From the NCBI GenBank assembly GCA_035712865.1, contig DASTAI010000046.1, positions 1-32,809 of the forward strand: a DNA stretch of 32,809 bases, in the 5' to 3' direction. Below the pieces are notes generated by a model. It did no database searches and had not been told where the DNA came from. It was given only the letters and a program-made list of their open reading frames with translations. The position numbers and the translations under genes were made by a program. This DNA comes from Solirubrobacterales bacterium (GTDB lineage Bacteria > Actinomycetota > Thermoleophilia > Solirubrobacterales > 70-9). Of the stretch, positions 1 to 8,344 are shown piece by piece. Within the stretch, counting starts at the first letter, position 1. Every line of letters begins with the position of its first letter.

Positions 1-1
1 C

Positions 2-103
2 TCGGTGCGGGTCGAGATGCTTCATCACCTCGAGCCGACGAAGCCCGAGAGTTGGCCGCCGCTCGGCCTCAGCGAGCCCGAGCGGCGGCTGCGGGCCGCC
101 TAG
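2..103 (+). CDS. 3' end (last 33 codons) of an unidentified CDS entering from the left window edge
   Basis: Frame 2 is open from the edge to TAG at 101-103. About 30 of 33 codons end in G/C, the same bias as the confident genes. Too short to name. Its stop overlaps the convergent MFS stop in CTAG (100-103). Confidence 0.4.
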   Translation, partial: SVRVEMLHHLEPTKPESWPPLGLSEPERRLRAA

Positions 104-110
104 GCGGCCC
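93..110. terminator. Perfect 18-nt palindrome GGGCCGCCTAGGCGGCCC spanning two convergent stop codons; possible bidirectional stem-loop
   Basis: Read directly: GGGCCGCC / GGCGGCCC are exact reverse complements around a central TA. No U-tract. Confidence 0.3.
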
Positions 111-1623
111 GGCCCTCGGTGAGCTCCTCGGTCGCCGCGACCACCGGGACGGCGGGGGCGGCCTCCTCGGCGGCGTGCAGCGAATCGACCCGCTTGGTAC
201 GCGCGCCGCGAACCAGGAGCAGGGAGACGACCAGACCTGCGACGACCACGAACGCCGCCAGCAGCATCGCGCTGCTGAGGGCGTCGACGAAGACCGCTCG
301 CGCCTGCTCGGGGGCCGTCGCGAGGGCCGAGGGGTTGAAGCCGCCACCGAGCTGCGCCTGGAAGATCGCGCCGGTCGCGGCGACTCCGACGGAAGCGCCG
401 ACCATCCTGGACATCTGAAGGATTCCCGAGGCAACGCCCGACTTCTGCACGTTCACGGCGTTCATGGCGGCTGTCGACATCGGGGACATCACCAGGGCGA
501 TGCCGAAGCCCATGAGGATGAACGGGATCAACAGCCCGCTGTAGGTCGTGGTGGTGGAGATGCCGGCGAACATGAACATCGAGACGGCGAGGACCGCCAG
601 GCCCGCGCTCATGGGCGTCGCCGGCCCGAGGCGGTCGGCCAGACGGCCCGAGATCGGTGCCACCGCCGCGATCACGAGCGTCGTCGGCAGGAACCTGACG
701 CCGGCCTCCAGGGCGCTGTAGCCGAGAATGTCCTGCATGTAGAGCGCCATGAAGAAGAAGGTGCCCATCATGGCGAAGGTGATGATGAACGCGACAAGGT
801 TGGTGCCGATGAACTGGCGGGTGCGGAAGAGGTCGAACTCGACGATCGGCGCGGCCACGCGCATCTCGATCACGACAAAGGCTGCGAGGCCGATCACGCC
901 GCCGACCAGCAGGGCGACGATCTGCGGCGAGCCCCAACCCCAGCTGTTGCCCTCGATCAGGGCGAGGACGATGGCGGTGAGAGCCGCCGTGAGCGAGACG
1001 ACGCCGGGGTAGTCCACCCGGCGGTCGACCGTCTCGTCGCGCGACTCCCTGACCGCGAAGACGGTCGCGGCGACCGCGCCGGCCGCGACCGGGAGGTTGA
1101 TGAAGAAGATCGCGCGCCAGCTCACATACTCGGTGAGGAAGCCGCCGATGACCGGCCCGATCGACAGCGCCAGGGCGGAGACGCCCGCCCAGGTGCCGAT
1201 CGCCTTGCCGCGCTCAGCCGCGGGGAAGGCGTGGGTGATGATCGAGAGCGTCGCGGGCATCATCAGCGCTGCGCCGACGCCCTGGATCGCCCGGCTGCCG
1301 ATCAGCATGGCGGGGTCCTGGGCGAAGCCGGCCGTCGCCGAGGTGACGGCGAAGATGATCACGCCAGCGAGGAACATCCGCCGGCGGCCGAAGATGTCGC
1401 CGAGGCGCCCGCCCGTGGCGATCAGCACGGCGAAGGTGAGCGTGTAGCCGTTGATGACCCACTCCAGGGCCGACAGCTGGGCGCCGATCTCGCGCTGGAT
1501 CGACGGCAGGGCCACGTTGACGACCGTGTTGTCGAGCATGACCATGAACAGCGCGAAGCACATGGCTCCGAGCGTCCACCACTTGCGGTTGTCGTCCGTG
1601 ACCAGGTGTCGGTAGCGCGTCAT
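100..1623 (-). CDS. MFS transporter, DHA2 (EmrB/QacA-type, 14-TMS) drug:H+ antiporter family
   Basis: 507-aa ORF with ATG at 1623. The N-terminus ...[34 protein letters not shown]... and ...[17 protein letters not shown]... are typical DHA2 TM1 and motif-A regions. The protein is hydrophobic throughout. ATGA start/stop overlap with upstream marR (1620-1623). Confidence 0.9.
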   Translation of the reverse strand: MTRYRHLVTDDNRKWWTLGAMCFALFMVMLDNTVVNVALPSIQREIGAQLSALEWVINGYTLTFAVLIATGGRLGDIFGRRRMFLAGVIIFAVTSATAGFAQDPAMLIGSRAIQGVGAALMMPATLSIITHAFPAAERGKAIGTWAGVSALALSIGPVIGGFLTEYVSWRAIFFINLPVAAGAVAATVFAVRESRDETVDRRVDYPGVVSLTAALTAIVLALIEGNSWGWGSPQIVALLVGGVIGLAAFVVIEMRVAAPIVEFDLFRTRQFIGTNLVAFIITFAMMGTFFFMALYMQDILGYSALEAGVRFLPTTLVIAAVAPISGRLADRLGPATPMSAGLAVLAVSMFMFAGISTTTTYSGLLIPFILMGFGIALVMSPMSTAAMNAVNVQKSGVASGILQMSRMVGASVGVAATGAIFQAQLGGGFNPSALATAPEQARAVFVDALSSAMLLAAFVVVAGLVVSLLLVRGARTKRVDSLHAAEEAAPAVPVVAATEELTEGRAA

Positions 1624-2135
1624 CGGCGTGTCTTCCTCTCATAGGTGTCGTAGATCTCGGCGATCTCGGGGCGCTTCAGGAGCGCGTCGAGAGCCGCCTC
1701 AAGCTTTCGTCGCTCGTCGTCGCCGAGCGAGGCCGTGAAGTCCTCGAGCCCGGCGAGCCGTGCAGAGATGATCCGATCGGCGAGGTCACGTCCCCGCGAC
1801 GTCAGGGTCAGACGGCGGACGCGGCGGTCATCGGGATCCTCGACCCGCGTGGCGAGCTTCTTGCGGACCAGGCCGTCCGCCGCCCGGCTGGCCGACGCCG
1901 GGGAGATCCCGAGCTCGTCGGACAGGGTGGTGACGGTGCGGGCGTCCTCGTCGGGCGACTCGAGCTCGACCAGGACCTTCATCTGACTGAAGGTCAGGCC
2001 GCTCTCGTCGAGCACCCGGAAGACGTCGCTGCTGCCGCCGCTCATGCAGCGCAGCAGGAACGCGCCGAGCTTGAGCGACAGCTCGCCGGCCGTCTTTCTG
2101 GGACTGGTCCCCTGGGTGCGGGTCGCTGCTTCCAT
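1620..2135 (-). CDS. MarR-family transcriptional regulator
   Basis: 171 aa. The winged-helix segment [13 protein letters not shown]...[52 protein letters not shown] fits the MarR pattern. Translationally coupled to the MFS gene. Confidence 0.9.
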   Translation of the reverse strand: MEAATRTQGTSPRKTAGELSLKLGAFLLRCMSGGSSDVFRVLDESGLTFSQMKVLVELESPDEDARTVTTLSDELGISPASASRAADGLVRKKLATRVEDPDDRRVRRLTLTSRGRDLADRIISARLAGLEDFTASLGDDERRKLEAALDALLKRPEIAEIYDTYERKTRR

Positions 2136-2146
2136 CTGAGAAAAGT

Positions 2147-2199
2147 TTACACGCGTGCAACCATTTCAGAACTGGAAGCGTGTGTGACATGCGTCACAC
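2147..2199. promoter_or_regulatory. Two palindromes in the marR/bioA divergent region; candidate MarR operator sites
   Basis: TTACACGCGTGCAA (2147-2160) has a perfect CACGCGTG core and lies 12 nt upstream of the marR ATG. GTGTGAC-ATGC-GTCACAC (2182-2199) is a perfect 7+4+7 inverted repeat. Both contain GCGTG. Confidence 0.35.
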
Positions 2200-2276
2200 C
2201 GGGGTGTAGATGCGAAGGTGCCCGCACCAGCCCTCGCGGGTCCATCCGGCGGCGATCTTATTTTGGCGAGCAGCGA

Positions 2277-3611
2277 ATGGAGAAGGCTGCCCGGCTCGAT
2301 CACGATCACCTCTGGCATCCCTTCACGCAACAGCGCGACTGGGTGACGGAGGAGCCGCTGATGATCGAGGCGGCCGAGGGGACGGAGCTGATCGACACGG
2401 AGGGGCGCCGTTACCTGGACGGAGTCTCCTCGCTCTGGTGCAACGTCCACGGCCACCGGCATCCGGAGATCGACGCCGCGATTCGCGACCAGCTCGACCG
2501 CGTTGCCCACTCGACGATGCTCGGCCTCTCGCATCCCAGGGCCTCCGAGCTCGCCGCCCGCCTGATCGAGATCGCGCCCGCCGGCCTCAGCCGCGTCTTC
2601 TATTCGGACTCGGGGTCGACTGCGGTCGAGGTCGCACTCAAGATGGCGTTCCAGTACTGGCGGCAGCGTGGTGGCCAGCACGTGCGGAAGACCTCCTTCG
2701 TCTGCCTCGATCAGGCCTACCACGGGGACACCATCGGCTCGGTCTCGGTCGGCGGGATGTCGCTCTTCCACTCCACGTTCGACCCGCTGCTCTTCGAGAC
2801 GCACCGCGCCAAGCCCGGCGACGTGGACGACATCGCGCGGCTCCTAGCCAGGCGCGAGGAGGAGGTGGCCGCGGTCGTGATGGAACCGCTCGTCCAGGGA
2901 GCGGCGGGCATGATCACGCACCCGCCGGGGTATCTGCGCGCGGTTCGGCGCCTCTGTGACCGGCACGGTGCGCTGCTGATCTGCGACGAGGTCGCGACCG
3001 GCTTCGGGCGGACCGGGACGATGTTCGCCTGTGAGCAGGAGGCCGTCTCCCCCGACCTGCTCTGCGTGGCGAAGGGCCTGACCGGCGGCTACATGCCGCT
3101 CGCCGCCACGCTCGCGACCGAGCGGATCTACGAGGCCTTCCTCGGCTCGCACTCCGAGTTCAAGACCTTCTTCCACGGCCATACCTACACCGGCAATCCG
3201 CTCGCCTGCGCGGCGGCGATCGCCTCCCTCGATGTCTTCGAGCGGGAACGGACGCTGGTGCGGATCCAGCCGAAGATCCGCCTGCTCTCCGACTGGCTGG
3301 CTCAGGTCGAGGGGATGCCGGAGGTGAAGGAGGTTCGCCAACGCGGCCTCATGGCCGGCATCGACCTCGGCGAGCACGACCCGGAGCTGCGGCTCGGTCA
3401 TCGTGTGGTGCTCGAGGCGCGCCGGCGTGGCGTGATCGTGCGGCCGCTCGGGGACGTGATCGTCCTGATGCCGCCCCTCTCGATCTCCAAGCGGGACCTG
3501 CATCGCCTGGTGGAGGTCGTCGGGCAGTCGATCCGGGCGGCCTACCCCGTCGCCGAGCTCGATTCGGGCGCCAGGGGCCGCCTCGACGCGGCCCTGCTCG
3601 AAGCCGCCTGA
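2277..3611 (+). CDS. bioA: Adenosylmethionine-8-amino-7-oxononanoate aminotransferase (class III PLP aminotransferase)
   Basis: BioA-type motifs are present: [69 protein letters not shown] and [10 protein letters not shown] chose ATG 2277 ([16 protein letters not shown]). The ORF-track start at 2184 adds 31 Cys/Arg-rich codons that lie over the palindromic operator region. Confidence 0.85.
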   Translation: MEKAARLDHDHLWHPFTQQRDWVTEEPLMIEAAEGTELIDTEGRRYLDGVSSLWCNVHGHRHPEIDAAIRDQLDRVAHSTMLGLSHPRASELAARLIEIAPAGLSRVFYSDSGSTAVEVALKMAFQYWRQRGGQHVRKTSFVCLDQAYHGDTIGSVSVGGMSLFHSTFDPLLFETHRAKPGDVDDIARLLARREEEVAAVVMEPLVQGAAGMITHPPGYLRAVRRLCDRHGALLICDEVATGFGRTGTMFACEQEAVSPDLLCVAKGLTGGYMPLAATLATERIYEAFLGSHSEFKTFFHGHTYTGNPLACAAAIASLDVFERERTLVRIQPKIRLLSDWLAQVEGMPEVKEVRQRGLMAGIDLGEHDPELRLGHRVVLEARRRGVIVRPLGDVIVLMPPLSISKRDLHRLVEVVGQSIRAAYPVAELDSGARGRLDAALLEAA

Positions 3612-3830
3612 CTAGTCCTCGTACGGCTCGAAGTCGGCCTTGCGGGCGCCACAGACGGGGCAGAACCAGTCGTCGGGGATGTCCTCGAAGGCGGTTCCGG
3701 GAGGAACACCGCCATCTGGGTCGCCCTCGTCCGGGTCGTAGATGAATCCGCAGGAGGTGCAGATGTAGAGCTGCTTGGTGGTGGTCTCGGCAGGCATCGG
3801 GCGGCAGGGTAACGAGTACGGTCCTCGCAT
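3612..3830 (-). CDS. Rubredoxin
   Basis: The C-terminal 61 aa, [61 protein letters not shown], carry two CxxCG knuckles. I prefer ATG 3830 because GGAGGAG lies 6 nt upstream; ATG 3797 is the alternative. The remaining upstream part of the 294-aa track ORF is antisense to the NUDIX gene. Confidence 0.9.
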   Translation of the reverse strand: MRGPYSLPCRPMPAETTTKQLYICTSCGFIYDPDEGDPDGGVPPGTAFEDIPDDWFCPVCGARKADFEPYED

Positions 3831-3848
3831 GGCACTCCTCCGGAGAGT

Positions 3849-4493
3849 GTGCGGTCCGTGAACCAGCTGCCCGAGGCCGGGGGTGCCCCTCTGAGGGACG
3901 AGGGTGAGCCGCCGGCCACCCCCCGCCCCGCCGCAACCGTGATTCTTCTGCGCCGCGGCGGGAAGCACGTCGAGCGGGGCCTGCAGGTCCTGCTCGTGCG
4001 CCGCAATCCGGAGGCCCGCTTCATGCCGGGCGTCTGGGTCTTTCCTGGCGGCTCGGTCGACGCGGAGGACGGTGACGGCGAGGAGGCCCACCGAGTGGCA
4101 GCGGTGAGGGAGCTGGGCGAGGAGGCCGGCATCGAGGTTCCGTCGGATGAGCTGATCGCCTACTCGCGCTGGATCACGCCGAGGATCGTGCCGATCCGCT
4201 TCGACACGCGCTTCTATGTGGCGCTGGCCCCCGCGCACTCTCCCCCGCGGCCGGATGGCTCCGAGACCGTCGACGCCGGCTGGTTCGGCCCGCAGGCCGC
4301 GCTCGACGCGCATCGGGCCGGCGAACTCCCGCTCGTCTTCCCCACCATCAAGCACCTCGAGTCGCTCGTGGGGTACGGAAACGCCGGGGAGGCTCTCGAG
4401 GCGGCGAGGCGGCGTGTCGTGAGGCCGGTCGAGCCGGAGGTCGTGGGCGAGGGCGAGGCGCGCCGCATCGTGCTTCCGGACGACCTTCCGTAA
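3849..4493 (+). CDS. NUDIX hydrolase
   Basis: Nudix box core ...[32 protein letters not shown] (REUXEEXGU) is present. The start is GTG 3849 or GTG 3858; the latter has GGAGAG 10 nt upstream. Confidence 0.85.
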   Translation: MRSVNQLPEAGGAPLRDEGEPPATPRPAATVILLRRGGKHVERGLQVLLVRRNPEARFMPGVWVFPGGSVDAEDGDGEEAHRVAAVRELGEEAGIEVPSDELIAYSRWITPRIVPIRFDTRFYVALAPAHSPPRPDGSETVDAGWFGPQAALDAHRAGELPLVFPTIKHLESLVGYGNAGEALEAARRRVVRPVEPEVVGEGEARRIVLPDDLP

Positions 4494-4504
4494 CAATCGG
4501 ACCC

Positions 4505-5464
4505 ATGACGAGCAGCCTGCCGCAGGAAGCCCGCGACGCTTTCGATCGCTTCATCACCTGCGAGTTCACGACGGTCGCCTCGAACAAGCAGCCGATCACC
4601 TGGCCGGTCACGCCATACTACGAGCAGGGCGACCCGACGATCGACGTGACCACGGGTCTCGGCTACCCCAAGAAGGCGGACGACGCACGGGGGCATCCGA
4701 GCGTCTCGCTGCTCTTCTCGGATCCCACGGGATCCGGGATCGACAGCCCGACCGCCGTCCTCGTCCAGGGCACCGCAACCGTCGACGACCACGACCTGAA
4801 GGCCAACGCCGACCGCTACCTCCGCGAGTCGGGAGAGAAGTTGCCAGCCACGAAGAAGATGCACCCGCCGAGGCCATTGCAGCCGATGTTCAACTTCTAC
4901 TACGCCCGGGTGTACATCAAGGTCCGCCCCGAGCGGGTCTTCGTCTGGCCGGACGGGGATCTCACGGAAGCACCGGCCGTCCACGGCGCCCATCTCGAGG
5001 AGGTGCGCTCGGGGCACAGCGAGGAGCCATCAGAGGAGCACGGGACGCCCGCCGGCGGCGCACCCGTCTGGGATCAGCGAATGGAGACCCTCAACCAGCA
5101 CCGGACCGGCGTGCTCAGTTGGCTCGGGCCCGACGGCTTCCCGATCTCAGTCCGCGTCCCCTACGCCGTCGATCGGTCGCGCCGCGAGGTCCGGATCGCC
5201 GCCGAGCCCGCCGGCGTTCCAGTGATCGAGGGCCGTGCCTGCCTCACCGTCCACGCCCACGCCCCCGACTTCACCTGGCAGCGCAACATGCAGGTGCGCG
5301 GCACCCTGGTCCGCTCAGCCGACGGGCTCGAGCTCGTGCCCCGCAGGGTCGTCGGCGGATTCGAGATCCCCAAGGGAATGGGGCGGTTCCGCGACTTCGT
5401 CAAGAAGGGCCCGGGCTTCTACCGCACCTACCGGCGCCGGCTCAAGGAGCGGAAGGAAGCCTGA
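4505..5464 (+). CDS. Pyridoxamine 5'-phosphate oxidase-like (FMN/F420 split-barrel) family protein, apparently two tandem domains
   Basis: 319 aa. The N-terminal half (…[19 protein letters not shown]…[11 protein letters not shown]…[10 protein letters not shown]…) and the C-terminal half (…[22 protein letters not shown]…[10 protein letters not shown]…MQVRGTLV…) both resemble PNPOx-like barrels. The start is 11 nt after the NUDIX stop. Confidence 0.65.
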   Translation: MTSSLPQEARDAFDRFITCEFTTVASNKQPITWPVTPYYEQGDPTIDVTTGLGYPKKADDARGHPSVSLLFSDPTGSGIDSPTAVLVQGTATVDDHDLKANADRYLRESGEKLPATKKMHPPRPLQPMFNFYYARVYIKVRPERVFVWPDGDLTEAPAVHGAHLEEVRSGHSEEPSEEHGTPAGGAPVWDQRMETLNQHRTGVLSWLGPDGFPISVRVPYAVDRSRREVRIAAEPAGVPVIEGRACLTVHAHAPDFTWQRNMQVRGTLVRSADGLELVPRRVVGGFEIPKGMGRFRDFVKKGPGFYRTYRRRLKERKEA

Positions 5465-5467
5465 AAC

Positions 5468-5500
5468 GGGTTGCGCCTCGCCTTCGGCTGCGGCGCACCC
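5468..5500. terminator. GC-rich hairpin between convergent genes; candidate bidirectional intrinsic terminator
   Basis: GGGT(T)GCGCC (5468-5477) pairs with GGCGCACCC (5492-5500), giving 9 bp with one bulged T. It lies between the stops at 5464 and 5505. No U-tract, which is common in high-GC actinobacteria. Confidence 0.4.
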
Positions 5501-5504
5501 TCGC

Positions 5505-6188
5505 TCATACCGCCGTCTGCGGAAACGGCTCCAGGCCGGCGTTCCAGGGACCCGGCTTGTAGATGTCGAGGTTGTTCTCCTCCATCTCGCGATGGAGCCG
5601 GTCGAAGATGCCGCCGCCGGACTTGAGCGCCTCCTTCAGCTCCTCCTTCGACCGCTCGCGCAGCCGCCAGTGGAAGAAGAGCTGCTGCTCGGTGATGCCG
5701 AAGTCCACCTCGGCCGGGATCCGGGTGATCCAGTCGATGAAACCCGGGCTGAAGAGCTCGCGCAGCGCCACCGGGTCGTGGTCCTGCGGGACGGTGGCGA
5801 TGAACCGCTTGTTGAAGTCGATGCTCTCGAACTCGACCCGGCGGCGGGACAACCGGTCGACCGTGTCCCCAGCGGTGCGCTCGATCGATTCGACGTCGAA
5901 GACCGGCACCACCGTCGCGAGGTCGGGCATGTGCGACTTCACCAACACCGCGCCGGGGACCAGCGCCTTGTTCAGGAAGCCCCCCTCCTCGTGCTCATCG
6001 GCGTCGCACGAGGAGCCGAAGAACCCGTCGCTGAGCTCTCCAGTGATCCGATTGGTGCCGCCGGGGCAGAGGGCGACCGGTGCCCCGACCGGATTGATGC
6101 CGCCGATCGGCTCGTAGCGAAGTCCGCGCTCCTCAGCCAGGCCCGAGACGATCGCGGTCCATTCCTGCGCCTCCTCCTTCGCGCTCAA
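5505..6188 (-). CDS. Soluble protein of unknown function (possibly DUF3137-like), last gene of the mce unit
   Basis: 227 aa with high GC3 and no TM segment. The segment VEFESIDFNKRFIATVPQDHDPVALRELFSPGFIDWI recalls the conserved core I associate with DUF3137, from memory only. The TTG start forms a TTGA overlap with the SCP2 stop (6185-6188). Confidence 0.6.
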   Translation of the reverse strand: MSAKEEAQEWTAIVSGLAEERGLRYEPIGGINPVGAPVALCPGGTNRITGELSDGFFGSSCDADEHEEGGFLNKALVPGAVLVKSHMPDLATVVPVFDVESIERTAGDTVDRLSRRRVEFESIDFNKRFIATVPQDHDPVALRELFSPGFIDWITRIPAEVDFGITEQQLFFHWRLRERSKEELKEALKSGGGIFDRLHREMEENNLDIYKPGPWNAGLEPFPQTAV

Positions 6189-6634
6189 TCGATCCTGACC
6201 AGATCGTCGCGCCCCTGGGCCTCGAGCAGGGCCTTGTAGCGCGGAAAGGCCGGCTTTGTGAGCGGTACGAGCTTGAGGATCTTTGCGACCGGGCCGCTCG
6301 CCTTGATCTCACCGCGGGCGAGGGCGGTGGTCACATTCACCTGCCCGAGCCAGAAGCGGTGGGCGGTGTCCGCCTCCATGCTCATCACGACCTCCGGCTC
6401 CATCTCGGTCTCGCCGAAGTCGATGTCGGTCGGCTCCTCCTGGCTCAACCGGACCGTGATCGTCGAGTCGGGCTCGCGGTGCTGGTACTGGACGATCGTG
6501 TTCGCCTGGCGGAACTTGGGTGCCAGCTCCTCGTCCGCCGCGAGCTCGGTGAACAGCTGGCCGATGGTGTCGTAGACCTCCTGGGCGTCCTTGAAGTACG
6601 CCAAATGCTCACCCTCTCCGTTGACGGAGGCCAA
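6185..6634 (-). CDS. SCP2 (sterol carrier protein 2-like) lipid-binding domain protein
   Basis: 149 aa. The pattern ...AQEVYDTIGQLFTELAADEELAPKFRQANTIVQYQ...ADTAHRFWLGQVNVTTALARGEIKASGPVAKILKLVPL... is the typical SCP2 fold signature, including the 'G.l....A...G.ik..G....l.kl' tail. The start is TTG 6634 or TTG 6604. It begins 23 nt after the last mce stop. Confidence 0.8.
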   Translation of the reverse strand: MASVNGEGEHLAYFKDAQEVYDTIGQLFTELAADEELAPKFRQANTIVQYQHREPDSTITVRLSQEEPTDIDFGETEMEPEVVMSMEADTAHRFWLGQVNVTTALARGEIKASGPVAKILKLVPLTKPAFPRYKALLEAQGRDDLVRID

Positions 6635-6657
6635 TCCTAGTGGCGTCGACCCGCGGT

Positions 6658-8319
6658 CTAGGGATCCCGGCTGACGACCGGGACCTTGCCGCCGCCGAAG
6701 AGCGACGGGAAATCTGGCGCGATCGTGCAGGCGGCGTAGGCTGAGGGACCCGGGCTCGCGGGCGTGCCGCCGGGGAAGTTGGGACCGACCTGGTTCGGGT
6801 TCGTGGGATTGATCACCGACGAGAAGGGGAACTGCCCGCTCTCCTCCTGGGCTGGGCTGGACGGTGGGTTGTGGGTCACCTGCTGCCCGCCGAAGGTGTT
6901 GCTGCAGTCATGGCTCGGGAAGATCTCGGATTGGGTCGTCGGATAGAAGCTGCCGATCGCGAAGGGCTGCAGGTAGCCGTTGCCGCGGTTGGTCGCCAGG
7001 CGGTTCTGGTAGATCGACGCCGATTCCGCCGTGAAGATCGTCATCTGCCGCGACAGATGCAGAGGCGCGTTCTGGCCGGCTTGGGCGGGCAGGAAGTCCG
7101 CCGTCGAGGAGGAGGGGTTGGAGAGGAAGTCGCCCACGACCGGCGCCTGGTAGTCCAGCCAGCGCAGGAGCGGGTTGAAGTTCGCGAGGAACGGGTCCAG
7201 GCCGTCCATCACCGGGCGGAGCTCGCGCACGAAGCTGCGCAGCGACGGGAGTCCCGTGCTGGACGCCTTGATCAGCGGATCGAAGTTCCTGAAGAGCTTG
7301 CGCGCGTAGGGGGACAGCCGGCGCACGTCGTGAAGCGTGGGGCTCAGGTCGCGCGCCACCGGCCGCAGGTCGTGGAAGACCGGGCGGGCGTCCTCGGCGA
7401 ACGGCTTCAGCCGGTCGAGCGTCAGCCGGCTCTCGTTCTCGAACGTCGGGAGGATCTTGAACGTGTCCGAGAGGGCCCTGCTTTGAGAGGCGAGCGCCCC
7501 GAAGGTCCGGTTCGCGCCGACGATCGCGCCGGCGAGGGCCTGATCGTGCTCGGTCAGGGCCGCGAAGACATCGCCGGTGCTGTGGACCAGCGTGCGCAGT
7601 GACTGCTCCTGCTGCCGCAGCGTTCCGAGCACGTCGCTGGCGTCCGAGGCGAAAGGACCGAGGTTGCCGAAGGCATCGTTCAGGTCGAGGCCGCGCCCGT
7701 TGACCGCGATGGCGGAGTTCTGCATCCACGATTGGAACGCCTCGCGAGTCTGCTGGTCGAACCCCTGGAAGATCTCGTCGATCTGAGTCTGGTTCTGCAC
7801 CTGCGTCTGCGCCAGGTGGCCGCCCTCGGGGATCGGGCCGGGCGCGTCGTCGCCGGAGATCTGGCCGACGTCGATCGAATTCGCCTGCGCGGTGGCATTC
7901 GTGTTGTCGGCCTGGCCGGGCTGGACCTGGCTGCCGCTGGTGAGCTCGACGTAGGTCTCGCCCAGCAACGTCTTCGAGCGGAGGATCGCCCGAGCGTCCG
8001 ATGAGATCGGGGCGTACTGCGGCTCGATCTCGATCGTGGCGCGCGTCGTGTTGCAGGTCGCTGGGTCCTGCTGGCATTCGCTGTCGGGCGCCAGTGCGAG
8101 GTCCTTGACCTTGCCCACGGAGACGCCGCCGATGCGGACATCCGCCTCCTTCGCCAGGGTGATCGCCTCGGGGAAGTCGGCGGTGAACCGGTAGCTCTCC
8201 GGCTTGAACGGCACCGGGCCACCGAACGTCACCCAGAGGAAGAGCAACAGCGCAAAGCAGGACAGCGTGAAGCCGACCGCCACGAGGATTCGCCCGATGG
8301 AGGGTGCTGACTTCTGCAT
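6658..8319 (-). CDS. MCE-family protein, position 6 of 6 (MceF-like)
   Basis: 553 aa. N-terminal TM (ILVAVGFTLSCFALLLFLWV), then an MlaD-like domain (YRFTADFPEAITLAKEADVRIGGVSVGKVKDLAL...), a long helical region and a Pro/Gly/Asn-rich tail. GGAGAGAG lies upstream of ATG 8319. Confidence 0.9.
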   Translation of the reverse strand: MQKSAPSIGRILVAVGFTLSCFALLLFLWVTFGGPVPFKPESYRFTADFPEAITLAKEADVRIGGVSVGKVKDLALAPDSECQQDPATCNTTRATIEIEPQYAPISSDARAILRSKTLLGETYVELTSGSQVQPGQADNTNATAQANSIDVGQISGDDAPGPIPEGGHLAQTQVQNQTQIDEIFQGFDQQTREAFQSWMQNSAIAVNGRGLDLNDAFGNLGPFASDASDVLGTLRQQEQSLRTLVHSTGDVFAALTEHDQALAGAIVGANRTFGALASQSRALSDTFKILPTFENESRLTLDRLKPFAEDARPVFHDLRPVARDLSPTLHDVRRLSPYARKLFRNFDPLIKASSTGLPSLRSFVRELRPVMDGLDPFLANFNPLLRWLDYQAPVVGDFLSNPSSSTADFLPAQAGQNAPLHLSRQMTIFTAESASIYQNRLATNRGNGYLQPFAIGSFYPTTQSEIFPSHDCSNTFGGQQVTHNPPSSPAQEESGQFPFSSVINPTNPNQVGPNFPGGTPASPGPSAYAACTIAPDFPSLFGGGKVPVVSRDP

Positions 8320-8344
8320 CAGTCGCTCTCTCCGTTCACCCGGC

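Noticed and set aside
52-1644. 530-aa + strand ORF, the longest ORF at the left end
   Set aside because: It lies exactly antisense to the well-supported MFS transporter gene. Its translation is Arg/Gly/Asp/Glu/His-rich low complexity with no motifs. This is the typical shadow ORF of a high-GC genome.
3831-4496. The N-terminal ~220 codons of the 294-aa - strand ORF containing rubredoxin
   Set aside because: Only the last 61-72 codons form the rubredoxin domain, and they have their own SD and ATG. The remainder is antisense to the NUDIX gene, which carries a Nudix box.
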